Shown here: positions 1-11,373 of the stretch, piece after piece
Numbering within the stretch: the stretch's first letter is position 1
How the letters are laid out: each line of letters starts with the position of its first letter
Source of the DNA: an uncultured Mycoplasma sp.
GTDB lineage: Bacteria; Bacillota_I; Bacilli_A; Mycoplasmatales; Metamycoplasmataceae
Assembly: GCA_947039955.1 (NCBI GenBank)
Contig: CAMRAC010000004.1
Span: 47,344 to 111,343 of the forward strand
Length of the DNA stretch: 64,000 nucleotides
Direction: 5' to 3'
The notes under the pieces: generated by a model
What the model saw: only the letters and a program-made list of their open reading frames with translations
What the model was told of the DNA's origin: nothing
Database searches by the model: none
Translations under genes and position numbers: made by a program

Positions 1-1088
1 TTGTCATCATCAATCTTTGCAGCTCCTGGAAGCAATTTGATTATCTTAGAAAGTTTTCCTAATTTTCTCACTTGTTTTAAATTATCTAAAAGATCATCTA
101 AATCAAATTCACCTTTCATCATTTTAGTTAGCATTTTTTTACCAGCTTTTTCGTCAATAACAGATTCCGCTTTTTCAATTAATGTTAAAACATCTCCCAT
201 ACCTAAAATACGGTCTGCCATTCTTTCAGGGTGAAATAAATCTAAGTTACCTGTTTTCTCACCTGTACCAATAAATGAAATAGGAATATTTAATAAATAT
301 CTAATACTTAAAGCGGCTCCACCACGAGCATCTGAATCTAGTTTGGTAATAATTGAACCGGTTAGTTTCAAGTATTCGTGAAATGTTGTTGCAACATTAA
401 TGATATCTTGCCCACTTAAAGCATCAGCAACAAATAGTATCTGGTTTGGTTTGGCAATCTTCTTAACATGGACTAATTCCTCCATTAAAGTGTCATCTAT
501 AGATAAACGACCAGCGGTATCAATGATAACTAAGTCATATTTTTCATCTTTTGCTTTGGCAAGAGCTTTAGTAACAATATCTTCCACACTTGATTTGATA
601 CCCATTTCAAAATAATCAACACCAATTGATTTTGCCAAAGTAATTAATTGCTCTATAGCGGCAGGTCTATAAATATCACCAGCAACTAGTAATATTTTTT
701 CCGCTTGTTTTTTCGACTTGTAGTAATAAGCTAATTTAGCAACAGTTGTTGTCTTACCACCACCTTGTAGTCCTGTCATCATAATTACGTAAGGTTTAGA
801 GTCGAGTTTTATTTCTTTAGTTGTTGTTCCTAAGATGTTAATTAATTCATCTTTAACAATCTTAACCATTTGCTGTCCAGGATTTAATTTTGACATTAAA
901 TCTTGACCAACAGCTTTTTCTTTAACATTATTAACGAAATCTTTTACAACCTTTAAGTTAACATCGGCCTCTAAAAGAGACATCTTGATATCTCTTGTTA
1001 TCTTTAAAATATCTTCTTCTCTTAAAGTTGTTTTTTTATTAGCATCATTCAAGCTTTTTTGAAGTTTTTTTCCTAAAAAATCTAACAT
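1..1088 (-). CDS. ffh: Signal recognition particle protein Ffh (SRP54); C-terminal part lies beyond the window start
   Basis: Minus-strand ATG at 1088 follows an AGGAG. My translation is MLDFLGKKLQKSLNDANKKTTLREEDILKITRDIKMSLLEADVNLKVVKDF...YVIMMTGLQGGGKTTTVAKLA, showing the SRP54 N domain and GxxGxGKT P-loop. The track shows only antisense shadow ORFs here. Confidence 0.9.
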   Translation of the reverse strand, partial: MLDFLGKKLQKSLNDANKKTTLREEDILKITRDIKMSLLEADVNLKVVKDFVNNVKEKAVGQDLMSKLNPGQQMVKIVKDELINILGTTTKEIKLDSKPYVIMMTGLQGGGKTTTVAKLAYYYKSKKQAEKILLVAGDIYRPAAIEQLITLAKSIGVDYFEMGIKSSVEDIVTKALAKAKDEKYDLVIIDTAGRLSIDDTLMEELVHVKKIAKPNQILFVADALSGQDIINVATTFHEYLKLTGSIITKLDSDARGGAALSIRYLLNIPISFIGTGEKTGNLDLFHPERMADRILGMGDVLTLIEKAESVIDEKAGKKMLTKMMKGEFDLDDLLDNLKQVRKLGKLSKIIKLLPGAAKIDDD

Positions 1089-1107
1089 ATATATCTCCTT
1101 ATATTAA

Positions 1108-1593
1108 TTATAATATTTCTTTAACTAACTTTATTTCAAAGTTAATTTTACCGTTATCAATAGTGGCTAGCAAGTAAGACGCTTCCGACGTACCTCTTGG
1201 CAAAATAGTTGAACCTGGATTAACAATGTATTTATTATTATCTAATTCAACAACCTTTGTTTTATGTGTGTGACCATGAATAATAACATCTATCTCTAAT
1301 GCACTAATTATATCACTCATATAATTATTGTCATCTAAATCATCATATGAACCAATTAAATGTCCGTGTTGTAAATGAAATTTAATTCCTTCAATTTCAA
1401 AGGTTAATTTATTGGGTTGATTGTGAAAATCATGATTTCCTTGAACAAAGTAATCAAAGTTTTTTATCATATAATTAGGGTCACATTCATAATCTCCAGA
1501 ATGAATAGCAATATCATAATTATTTGATTTTAAAATACGACTCATAACATCATTATTTCCATGTGTATCAGATAGGATGATTATTTTCTTCAT
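1108..1593 (-). CDS. Metallophosphoesterase, YfcE/MJ0936-like
   Basis: Track ORF of 161 aa with the calcineurin-like motifs ILSDTHGN, HSGDY, QGNHD and IIHGHTH. Confidence 0.8.
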   Translation of the reverse strand: MKKIIILSDTHGNNDVMSRILKSNNYDIAIHSGDYECDPNYMIKNFDYFVQGNHDFHNQPNKLTFEIEGIKFHLQHGHLIGSYDDLDDNNYMSDIISALEIDVIIHGHTHKTKVVELDNNKYIVNPGSTILPRGTSEASYLLATIDNGKINFEIKLVKEIL

Positions 1594-1600
1594 AATATAC

Positions 1601-2467
1601 CTAAGGTTTTACCAGTCCTTCAATTTCAAATGAAGAAATTGTTTCTGCTTCAGTTAATTCTGCAGTGGCAAATAAAGGATTTGAAAGAGTGAAAGTAATT
1701 GTTAATGAAGTATCTTTGATTGTGCTGGGAGTTGCAATAACTGCATAATCTCATCCAGATAACGCTGTTGGAAAAGGTATTTTAGATTTAAGGATACCTT
1801 CAAAATCTATTCTATTTTGAATTAGTTTTGAAGCTTCTGTAGGATTTTTCGAAATAATTGATTTTCTTGCTTGTGGAGTAGATCATCCAAAAAAATCTTT
1901 ATCTAAAAAGTTTCTTATTCATTTTATTTCTAAATCTCTAGATTCTTTATCGCTTGGTGTAATTGGTAATAAAGTTCTAAAGCTCATAGAAAAAACTTCA
2001 GAATTTGAAGGTTCTTGTGTTTCTGTTGGTGAATCAACGATAACAACTTCTGACTTAAATGAAGACTTTAAATCAAAAGTGAATTTAATTGTTCCAAAAG
2101 AAGGTAATGTTGAATTTGGAGAAGCCTCAGCTTTAAAGAACATTTTCTTAGTTGTAGCATCAAGATCATATTCATTGAAAGCGTTAATATTGGCATTAAT
2201 AAAAGGTGTTATTCCCACTATTGGTGTTGCTGATAAAAAGTAATTTTGTGGTGCTTCATTAAATTTTATGATGAAAGAATCAATTGATTCAGGAGTGAAT
2301 ATCTCTGAACCAACACCTTTAGCAAAATTACCTTCTAATTTTTCACGATCAATTGAAATTTTAGCAACTTCTTGAGGAACATTATTTGAACACGAAATTA
2401 AAACTAAAGGCAAGGCCATAGTTGTTATTAATGTTGTTCCAAATAATACTTTTAAACTTTTTGTCAT
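1601..2467 (-). CDS. Lipoprotein (unknown function)
   Basis: The N-terminus MTKSLKVLFGTTLITTMALPLVLISCSNN carries a lipobox. Track ORF 1919-2467 ends at TGA. I checked every in-frame tta/cta down to the TAG at 1601 and found no real stop. Confidence 0.75.
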
Positions 2468-2522
2468 TTTTTCTCCCTTGAATTTTATTTATTAAATTAT
2501 ATACTAAAATATTATCTTAGTT

Positions 2523-3263
2523 TTATAAACTCAAAGTTACTTCTTGTCCGGGACCCATAATTTTCCCATGAATTTCTGACTTTAAATAAATTTTAACTTT
2601 TACAACTTTAGTCACTTGATTGATGCTAGATTCTTCAAAAGAACCAATTCTAAAACCAGGTATCGGAATAAATGTAAATAGTTTTTCTAAATAGTATGGG
2701 GATTCTTCATTATTAAAAGAAATATTATCCTTAAGATCTTTAAATTGAAATAAATCTTTCCCTTCTGCATTTAAGGTGTATGTTGGTTTCATTTTCGAAT
2801 ATGCATCTGTGAATTCTTTAACAACAACTGTTTCTGCTTTAAGAAATTTATCAACAGTAAAGGAGATAATAGATTCTTTTTCTTCACTACCATCAAAGAT
2901 TGGTTTTGGCGTTGGAAGGTATGTAATTGTATTATCTTTGTTTCTTAAGTAAGCACTAAAAGAAGCTGATCCGAATTTATCTTCAATAGTATCAGACTCT
3001 ATAACTAATTTAAATCCCTTTGCCGCTAATTCTTCATTGGTTGGTAATTGATCTTTGAATACTCTTCTAAAGGTAACTGAGTCGTAAATTGATGAAGCAT
3101 AAACATTTTCATTCCCTTTTCAATCTTGTTTATCAATAATATTATTGTAAAATTCATCAACATATACCTGATCAACAGAAGAAGAGCAAGACATCATAAT
3201 AGCAACGGGGCTAACAGTTAATAAAACACTTGATGAAAATAGAGATATTTTTTTTATGTTCAT
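2523..3263 (-). CDS. Lipoprotein (unknown function)
   Basis: ATG at 3263 gives MNIKKISLFSSSVLLTVSPVAIMMSCSSS, which has a lipobox. The frame continues through a TGA (..IDKQDW KGN..) into track ORF 2523-2792. Confidence 0.7.
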
Positions 3264-4432
3264 AATTTTCCTCTTTTCATTACTTGGTTAACTGGAGTTA
3301 TAGGTCTAGGAGTGAAATCAATATTTCCTTGCGCATTTATAATATCGCCAATTTTAACTTTATAAGTTCCAACAATACTCTGGTTATATTTTTTAGAAAA
3401 TATTTCAATATTAATTTCAGTATCATTTGAATAACCTTCTAGAATTATTTCTGGACTAGGAGCAATAACACCAATTCCAAATTCTGATGAGAAATCATCA
3501 TTCATTGAAATTCTTAAGTTTTTGAATAAATCTTGAATATTAATCGGTGTTCCATTTCCTATCAATAAAGTTGGTTTTATGTTTTCAATTAAAAGGAATT
3601 TTAAATCATTTTCAAGATCAAGATACTCCCTGGAAAAAGTATCAATATTAAACGGGTCTAAAGTATAAATGCTTCCTTCTCCAAAAATAATATCCATTTT
3701 AACTATACCAACAATATTTGGCAAGCTATCAACATCTTGAGTTATATCATTAATAATTATTTCGATATCTTGCAAAGCAACAGAGTTAAATTTATTAACC
3801 ACAACAGTAGTAACAAAGTTTTTAAATCTATTAATAAATGCTGTTTTTAACTCAGGAACCATTAACGCAGGAGTTAGTACCATGATGCCTTCGCTATTTT
3901 TAACCAAAACTTTTTCTGTAATATCAAGACTGTGAGATGTTTGGTTAACTCTAATTGAAATATCATTAATTAAATCCGATAAAAATTGATCTTTAAAATA
4001 GACTATATTAACTTCATCTTTAAAAGCTTGTTCAGACATTGCCCCTATTTTAAATGAGTTATTAACTACATTTTCACTTATCATAAAAGAGTATGTACGA
4101 TAAATTGTTGAATCTAATTTCGAAGAAACTTTAACATTGACTTTGTTGTCAACAGAAGCTATTAAAGGAATTTCAAAATTTACAATTTCATAAAGTAATT
4201 CTTCGTTATTCAATTTATCAAAGTTAACTAAGTTCTCTTTTATTTCATTGATGTTTGTATCTTTTGTCAAAGTAATTACAGGAGCAATTTTCTTTTCGGC
4301 AGCTTCATTAACCAAGAACTTTTGTTGAGTAATTTGTTCTGAAGTCAAGGGAGTGTTAGAACATGAAATTAAAGCTATGCTTGGTAATACAATAGCTGAT
4401 ACAACTGCTAAAGGTAAATATTTAAATTTCAT
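3254..4432 (-). CDS. Lipoprotein (unknown function)
   Basis: MKFKYLPLAVVSAIVLPSIALISCSNT carries a lipobox. The track stop at 3260 is TGA; read as Trp, the true TAA is at 3254. The 3' end overlaps the next lipoprotein start. Confidence 0.75.
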
Positions 4433-4434
4433 AA

Positions 4435-5205
4435 TTATATTTTCCTTGCTTCAAAAATCTTGATTGGTAATTCAATTGTCACGATTTCTTCGGGAGTTCC
4501 CTCAGAAGAAGTCCCTAATATAAAATCAAAAATAATTTGATCATTAAAATGACTATTAAAAAGCATATGAATATTTTTTTGATAACCATCAAAAATATTT
4601 TCATTAATCTTTGAACTTGTCAATCTGTCATTTAAAGGTTTTGGATCAGTTGTTAATTCATCAATATTAATTGCTTCTTCTGTAGAAAAAATACCAACAC
4701 CTAGAATTGCATCAGTTGCAAATCTTGAAATATTAAATGTGTTTTCTAAAATTAACCGATTAAGAGTGGTAGTAAGATTTGCAGAATCAACAGAAACAAT
4801 TGTTTTACCTTTTATTTGAGCAATGTCAGAAAACTTTATAGAATAAAAATCAGCAATTTCAGGAGCTATATCTAGAGTTGATATAGAAGTTACTTTGAAT
4901 CAAATATCAAGGTCTTTTTCTCCTAAAATAGGAAGTTCAATTTTGTGTAAATCTATTAAAAAATCATCTGTTGAGTGCTTAGGAGCGACAAATTTACTAA
5001 CTTGCCCTAAATAATCAGATAAAGAAATTTGATCTCCTGTAGGAGTAACACTTAATGTAGGAAGTGGTTTCTTCGCAACTATTTCCTTAATTATTTCTCT
5101 AGCGGCCGTTATTCTGCTTTCATCGTTATTTTGTGAACATGAAATTAACGTTAACGGAAGAATTAACGGTAATGGAGCACCTAAAATAAATAAAGATTTT
5201 TTCAT
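4435..5205 (-). CDS. Lipoprotein (unknown function)
   Basis: AAAGGAG lies upstream of the ATG at 5205. MKKSLFILGAPLPLILPLTLISCSQNN carries a lipobox. Track ORFs 4900-5223 and 4435-4623 share one frame and are joined through TGA. Confidence 0.75.
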
Positions 5206-5292
5206 AAAACAAACTCCTTTCAAACACTAATAATTTATTAATAATTTTATCATTTTTTGAGTATAATTTTAAAAATAAAGTTTAAAAGAACT

Positions 5293-5691
5293 TTGAAAGA
5301 TGGGATTGTTTTGTACGCTTTTATAATAATAACCAATAAATTGAACTTCTCAAACTCTGTTAAAGATTATTTTGTTTCAATGTCTCCAGTTAATTTCAAC
5401 AATACAAAAATTTTTGTTTTTGGTCTTGATTCAACTAATGAAAATGAAATTGTCAAAGAATTAAAACAAATAATGATTGAGAACACAAAGGTTAAAAAAG
5501 GATTTATTTTTTCAGATTTTGGAGACTCACTACTTACTTCAAAAATTATTGAAACTTCAATTGAAAATACATTCTATTCAAAGGGTTCGTTATTAGAAGC
5601 TGGTTTTTTAGCTTTTACATTAATTAATGGTGGCGCACCAATTGAATCAATTATGATGTCAATGAATAGAGAACTTACAAAAAATAATTAG
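5293..5691 (+). CDS. DhaM / PTS EIIA(Man)-like domain protein, apparently lacking the phospho-His
   Basis: GFIFSDFGDSLLTSKIIETS...LLEAGFLAFTLINGGAPIESIMMSMN resembles the DhaM segment MMDMGSALLSAE...PLVEGT. The N-terminal IIITNK occupies the place of IVSHS. The start is uncertain: a TATAAT at 5262-5267 argues against the track TTG at 5257, so I chose the in-frame TTG at 5293. Confidence 0.45.
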   Translation: MKDGIVLYAFIIITNKLNFSNSVKDYFVSMSPVNFNNTKIFVFGLDSTNENEIVKELKQIMIENTKVKKGFIFSDFGDSLLTSKIIETSIENTFYSKGSLLEAGFLAFTLINGGAPIESIMMSMNRELTKNN

Positions 5692-5695
5692 TAAA

Positions 5696-6463
5696 TTATT
5701 TTTCTTCTTTTTCAGCCATTATTTTATCAATTTTTTCAGTTGTTTTAAAACTAATTTTTGCCAAAGAATATAAAGCTTTACGACCATAAGTTTTAACAAA
5801 GTCCATTGCAAATTTTTCAACAGTTTCATTTGTACCTAATGGTGTTTTCATATCAAGTTCTTCATCTTGGTCTTCCATCATTTTTAAAAAGTGGTATCTA
5901 CCAATAACTGAAGCTGCAGCAACAGATACGTGTTTTGATTCAGCTTTCTCTAACAACATAACTGGTTTAACAAATGAATCAGCTGTTAATTTTCCACCAA
6001 CTAATGATTCATAATATTTAACAATACTTGCTTCAGTGCTAAATTGATCAATAATAGTCATATCACTTTTAACTTTTAACTTTAATTCAAGATGGTTAAT
6101 TGACTTAATATGTAAAAACATTTTCAATTCATTTGCATTCATATATTTGTTTAAGTTATTGTAACCTTTTTGTGTAAGGTGATTAACCCTGAACACTACA
6201 AGATCTTTCAACATAGGGAAAACTTCAATAATTTTCTTGTCAGTCATTAACTTCGAGTCAGTAACTCCAAGTTGTTTAATTTTTTCAATATTTTCAAATT
6301 CTACAAAAGCAGCACAAGCTACCAATGGAGTTAAGTAATCTCCAACTCCAGTTTCATCTACACCAATAATACTTTTATTATCAAAGATACCATTTGTAAA
6401 CTCTACAAATTTAATAGGTTTTACCTCTATTTTTTTTACTGATTTTGCTACGGGTTTTGCCAT
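5696..6463 (-). CDS. rnhC: Ribonuclease HIII/HII-family protein
   Basis: Motifs GVDETGVGDYLTPLV, LGVTDSKLM, IIDQF and KAESKHVSVAAASVIGR match the RNase HII/HIII catalytic core. Confidence 0.6.
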   Translation of the reverse strand: MAKPVAKSVKKIEVKPIKFVEFTNGIFDNKSIIGVDETGVGDYLTPLVACAAFVEFENIEKIKQLGVTDSKLMTDKKIIEVFPMLKDLVVFRVNHLTQKGYNNLNKYMNANELKMFLHIKSINHLELKLKVKSDMTIIDQFSTEASIVKYYESLVGGKLTADSFVKPVMLLEKAESKHVSVAAASVIGRYHFLKMMEDQDEELDMKTPLGTNETVEKFAMDFVKTYGRKALYSLAKISFKTTEKIDKIMAEKEEK

Positions 6464-6507
6464 TTTTATTCCTTTAAACTTATAAAAAAGTTAATTTCAT
6501 TATATTA

Positions 6508-7395
6508 TTATTTTTCTAAATTGTTAAGAAATTTAATAATAAAGTCTCCAACACCACCTTCTTTGTTAGTTAATTCAGAGACAAATGTTGCCGATTTTTT
6601 AACGAGAGGATCTGCATTTGCCATAGCAACAGAATTTTCTACAACTTTTAACATTGATATATCATTGAATCCATCTCCAATAGCAACGGTGTTAGTAACT
6701 TTAATGTCATAAAATCTCAATAATAATGAAATAACTTTAGCTTTTGAAACACCTAAAGCTGTAATGTCGAAAATTTTTGAACTACTCCCACTTTTACTTC
6801 AGTAATTAAATTCTGCCAAATCTCCATACATAATGTCAAGGTATCTTTTTAAATCATGAGCACTTTTAATGTGACTGTTTTTATCCTTCTTCATTTCTTC
6901 AAAATTAATATCCAAAATCACACTAATAGGTTTTAGAGGAATTCTTGCCAAATCAATTCCTTCAACAAATTTGGGAAGTTTGTTGAATCCAAATATTTGT
7001 TCTAGTTCTGGATTTCTATGTTGTAATTGGACTCATCCCGGTCCTTCTATTGCAAAGTTCTTTGTAATTTTTTTCAAGTACTCATCTCCAACAATGTAAA
7101 GCATTTCGTTTAAATTAACATATCTAATGTAATCAATAAAAAAAGGATCACAAGGATTATGAATGTGAGCACCATTTATATTTCCAACAATAGTATCTAA
7201 TTCTAATTTTTCATATATCTCTTTTGTAGAGACTCATGGTCTACCTGTAACAATTGAAACGATGTGTCCCTGTTCTCTTGCCATTTTAATACCTTCAATA
7301 GTTCTTGGGTGAATTTCATTATTAAGGGAATCCGATAATACAGTTCCATCTAAATCTATTGCAAATAAATATCTTTCTTTTTTTGACATGTTCAT
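6508..7395 (-). CDS. Cof-type HAD-IIB phosphatase
   Basis: ATG at 7395 gives MNMSKKKERYLFAIDLDGTVL... The protein continues SIVTGRPW... and ends ...AIGDGFNDISMLKVVENSVAMANA. Fragments are joined through several TGA codons in one frame (888 nt). Confidence 0.8.
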
Positions 7396-7469
7396 CACTC
7401 TCCTTTAATAAATTAACGTATAATAATTATAAAGAATAAAATGAATCATAACCATATATAATTAATTTT

Positions 7470-7991
7470 ATGATAAACATTATTTTATACCAACCAGAGA
7501 TACCTCCTAACACAGGAAACATAATTAGAACTTGCTATGCAACGAATGCTATTTTGCACATCATCAAACCATTATCTTTTGATTTATTCCACCCGTTAAT
7601 TAAACGCGCAGCTGCCGGACGTTCTATTGAGGATATTGAATATCATGTTTATGAGAACTATGATGAGTTCAATAAAATACATGGAGATAAAAACATTTTC
7701 TATATTTCCAGATATGGATTAAAAAACTATGCTGAACATGATTACAAAACTCCTCAAGATGTTTGAGTAATGTTTGGTAGAGAATCTACAGGAATTCCTA
7801 AAGAGATATTGAAAGAGAATGTTGATAAATGTTTTCGTATTCCAATGGCTGAAAAATGTCGTAGTTTAAATTTAGCAAATAGCGTTAACTTAGTGGCCTA
7901 TGAAATATTAAGACAAAATGATTTTCAAGACTTATCATTGTTTGAAGTCCAAAAAGGTAAAAATTATTTATTGGAGGATGACAATGAGTAA
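7470..7991 (+). CDS. trmL: tRNA (cytidine/uridine-2'-O)-methyltransferase TrmL (SpoU family)
   Basis: MINIILYQPEIPPNTGNIIRTC... continues to ...W VMFGRESTGIPKEIL...IPM....RSLNLANSV. The two track ORFs are joined by one TGA. Confidence 0.8.
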
Positions 7992-8727
7992 TAAAGAATT
8001 TTTAATTGAAATGCATCGAGATTATTTAACAAAGAATGAAATTGTTGAATACAAAAAATTAATGCAAAAAAAATACCGTCATGAAAAAGGTATTTATATT
8101 ATTGAAGGTAAGCATCTTGTTGAAGAAGCTTTGAAAGCGAATATTGTTGAAACAATAATTTCAACAGAAAAGTTTTTTGACTTTGAAGATACTTTGTATT
8201 GCCGTGAAAGTGAAATCAAAAAACTCTCTACTACAACTACTCCTCAAAATATTCTTGCAATTTGTAAAATGATTAAACCAAAACCACTTGGATCAAATAT
8301 TTTATTTTTAAATAAAATTAATGATCCGGGAAACCTAGGAACTTTAATTAGAACCGCTAAAGCATTTGGATATGATGATATTGTTTTTGAAGGTGTTGAT
8401 TTATATAACTCCAAAGTACTAAGATCTGCTCAAGGTGCAGTTTTTACAACTAACTGTTTTAATGTAGAGGATTCGGCTTCTTGAATTAAAGATAGAAAAA
8501 ATGAGGGTTACGTTATTTACGGAGCTTTATTAAGTAAAGATTCTAAAGAATTTGACAAAGTAGAAAAGAGTGAAAAGAATATTATTGTTTTAGGTAATGA
8601 AGCAACTGGTATTGAATTCCCTGTGGAAATGTTAGTAGATGAAAAAATCTATATACCAATTAAATATGAGTCATTAAATGTTGCTGTAGCTGGCGGAATA
8701 ATCCTTAACCAATTTAAAAAGAACTAA
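7984..8727 (+). CDS. TrmH-family RNA 2'-O-methyltransferase
   Basis: ATG at 7984. Motifs seen are ..IIEGKHLVEEAL.., ..NDPGNLGTLIRTAKAFG.., ..LGNEATGI.. and ..ESLNVAVAGGI. One internal TGA; TAA at 8725. Confidence 0.8.
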
Positions 8728-9632
8728 TTCTTTTTAGAAAAAACTAATTCATTATATTGGAATATATCATTTCTTGAGAATTTATATTTATAAACTCCTT
8801 CAGTTCCTGAGTTTTTAGCTTTAGAAAAATTATTATTAAAAATTCCTTCTTTAATAAGTTTTTCCTTAACATCTTCATCAACAAATATAAAGTTTTCAAA
8901 AGATACCAACATTCCTAATATTTCCATATTTTTTAAATGAAAAATATTTTCATCGGTTTTAGCTGAAGAAATAAAAATATTAAAGTACTCTCAACTTTCT
9001 GATTCACTACTTCATAGTTGTGGGCTTAAGGCTGATAGTCTATGCACTATTAACGGCATTAGTGATGAAATTGTCATACCAACTTCTAAAGTTTTTTTTA
9101 TTGTGAAAGTATCCGAAAGTAGGAATTGAAATTTTAATTCAGTTCTTGAAAAATTTTCATTACTAATGTCAAATGAAACAAGTTCTTTGAATATCTTTAA
9201 GTACTCTACTAAATAATTTCCAAAAACATTTAAAATATCTGGTTGCATTTTCTTGACAGAAATAATAATGAAGCTATATTCTTTTTCTTGGTAAGTGTTA
9301 ATTTTATTGTTTAAAAATAAATCGAAATTTATAGGACAATTTTCATCACTAATTTTTGATGTTGATAAAATAGAATAACTATAGTCAGGATTTTTAGTGA
9401 TGATGTACTTGTTACTATCTATCTCGAACATTGATTGACTATCTCTAATTTTAATTGTTTCTAAATTAGCAATAAACATTTTTTCTTCATTTTGATTATA
9501 AAGTTCTGTATCTCAAGCAAAAGGTGATTCTGTTTTATATTGATTTTTAATAATTAATTTATTGGCAAAATCAAAAGAGTATTCTTCTTTACCATATGTT
9601 TTTTCTCATAATTCTATAGATTTGTTTTCCAT
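8724..9632 (-). CDS. Hypothetical protein with a degenerate HNH-like N-terminus
   Basis: ATG at 9632 gives MENKSIELW EKTYGKEEYSFDFANKLIIKNQYKTESPFAW DTELY...IANLETIKIRDSQ. The three track fragments share one frame (909 nt), with a true TAG at 8724. Confidence 0.6.
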
Positions 9633-9695
9633 AATTTTCCCAACGTTGTTTAATCTTTACTTTAAAGATTAAACACTTTTATATTATTCCTCTTA

Positions 9696-10529
9696 TTAAT
9701 CTCAAATGATATTTGTAAAATTCAAGATTTGTTGCCTAATTATTTTTAGACCCTTATTAACATCTGGTTCACCATTTTTAATAAGCAGATTTCTCTTCTT
9801 AGTAAACTTAACTAGCTCGTTATATTTGCCAACTTTATCTTCTTGATATTCAATTCCAATTTCTTGAAATTTTTCAGGAGCATATTTCTGCATAGTTTTA
9901 CTTATTGCATAATAGAAATCTAAATCACTAACTACTTCAGCTTTGATCGCTCCAGTGGCTACAAGTTTTAAAGCATCTTTTTGATTGATTAACTTTGGCA
10001 TTAAAATTCCTGGAGTATCTAGAAGTTGAATGTCTCCAGCTGCAATTCACTGTAAAGATCTTGTTGTTCCAGCAAAGTTGGCAACCTTTGTTTTCTTGGC
10101 TTGAGCTAATAAGTTAATCATCGTTGATTTTCCGACGTTCGGCATCCCAACAACAAAACATCTTAGCCTTGGTTTTAATAAACCTTTCTTGGCATCTTTT
10201 TCTCTTTTTTTAACCAATACTTGTTCAAGCTTATTTAAGATTTTTTTTCTTGATTGTGTTTTCTTTAAATTAACAACAACCGACATATCATAATCATTAT
10301 TAAATCTGGGCAGTATTTGATTTAATTTATCAACATTTGTATAATCACTTTTCGTAAAAACAAACAATCTTGGTTTTCTCGGACCAATTTTATCAAACTC
10401 ATCATTGTATGAAGACAGAGGAACTCTACCATCCAAAAGAACAATAAAACAATCAACAATATCTTGCTTATCTTGTATGTCGTTAAACGCCTTTGCCATA
10501 TGGCCAGGGAATCAGTTAATTAAATCCAT
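9696..10529 (-). CDS. rbgA: Ribosome biogenesis GTPase A (YlqF/RbgA)
   Basis: MDLINW FPGHMAKA is followed by circularly permuted GTPase motifs: FTKSD, then VVGMPNVGKSTMIN, then LLDTPGIL. Confidence 0.85.
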
Positions 10530-10590
10530 TTTTTAATTATATATGAAATATATATAATTGTTGGTTTGTTTAAGTTAAGTGGTGAATTAA

Positions 10591-11373
10591 CTAGTAAATT
10601 TTCAGGTAATTCTTCTTATAATCTAAAATGATTTCTACTTCATCATCTAATTTATCTTTTAGAAATTCATCGATACCTTCAATGAACACTTCTTCTATTT
10701 GGTGAGAAACTATTATAAAGTTTATTCCTAAGTTTTGCAAAACTATTTGTTCATTTCATTTAATATCTGATGTTATTAATAAATCACAATTATCTGTTTT
10801 GTTATTATTGATAAAATCATAAACATCACCAGTACCTGGAGCGAAATATATATTATTAATTTTTTCATCAATTGGATTAGTTCAATTAGAAATAACAAAA
10901 TCCAACTTAATATTTGTTTTAATTAAATCTACAAGTGATCCAAAAGAATTCGAATATTCCACAACACTATTAAATCTATAACGCTTAATAACTTTATTTA
11001 ATAGGTTTAATCTTTTCAATAAAAAATGATCTGTCCCCTTTATGTGAGAATCAAATGCTGTGTGTAGCGAATAAGTTGTTATGTTATGTTTGTCAAGTAA
11101 ACTAAACAGCATCTCTTTGGAAGCATCTAATTCAATAGCCTCTAATTTACTGGGAGCAAAACAAAATGGATGATGGGAAACAATTATCGAAACATTTTCT
11201 CTAATAGCCTTTAAAATGGTTTTTTTGTCCACATCTAGTGTAATAAGAATCTTTAATTGTTTTTCTTTTTCAGCAAAAAAAGAAAAACCTCCAAAATCTC
11301 AAGGTTCTTGAGAAGTAAGTGGGAATTCTGTTTCAAATAATTTAATTAGTTCGTTTTGGTTATTAATTTTCAT
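10591..11373 (-). CDS. Nif3-like dinuclear metal centre protein (YqfO/YbgI family)
   Basis: Motifs seen are ..IIVSHHPF.., ..YSLHTAFDS.. and ..APGTGD..SHQIEE. 783 nt in one frame with internal TGAs. The start overlaps the rpoD stop by 11 nt. Confidence 0.8.

Noticed and set aside
5257-5292. Track start (TTG at 5257) for the DhaM-like ORF
   Set aside because: A TATAAT box at 5262-5267 would place the transcription start downstream of this codon. The first 12 codons also look like AT-rich leader sequence.
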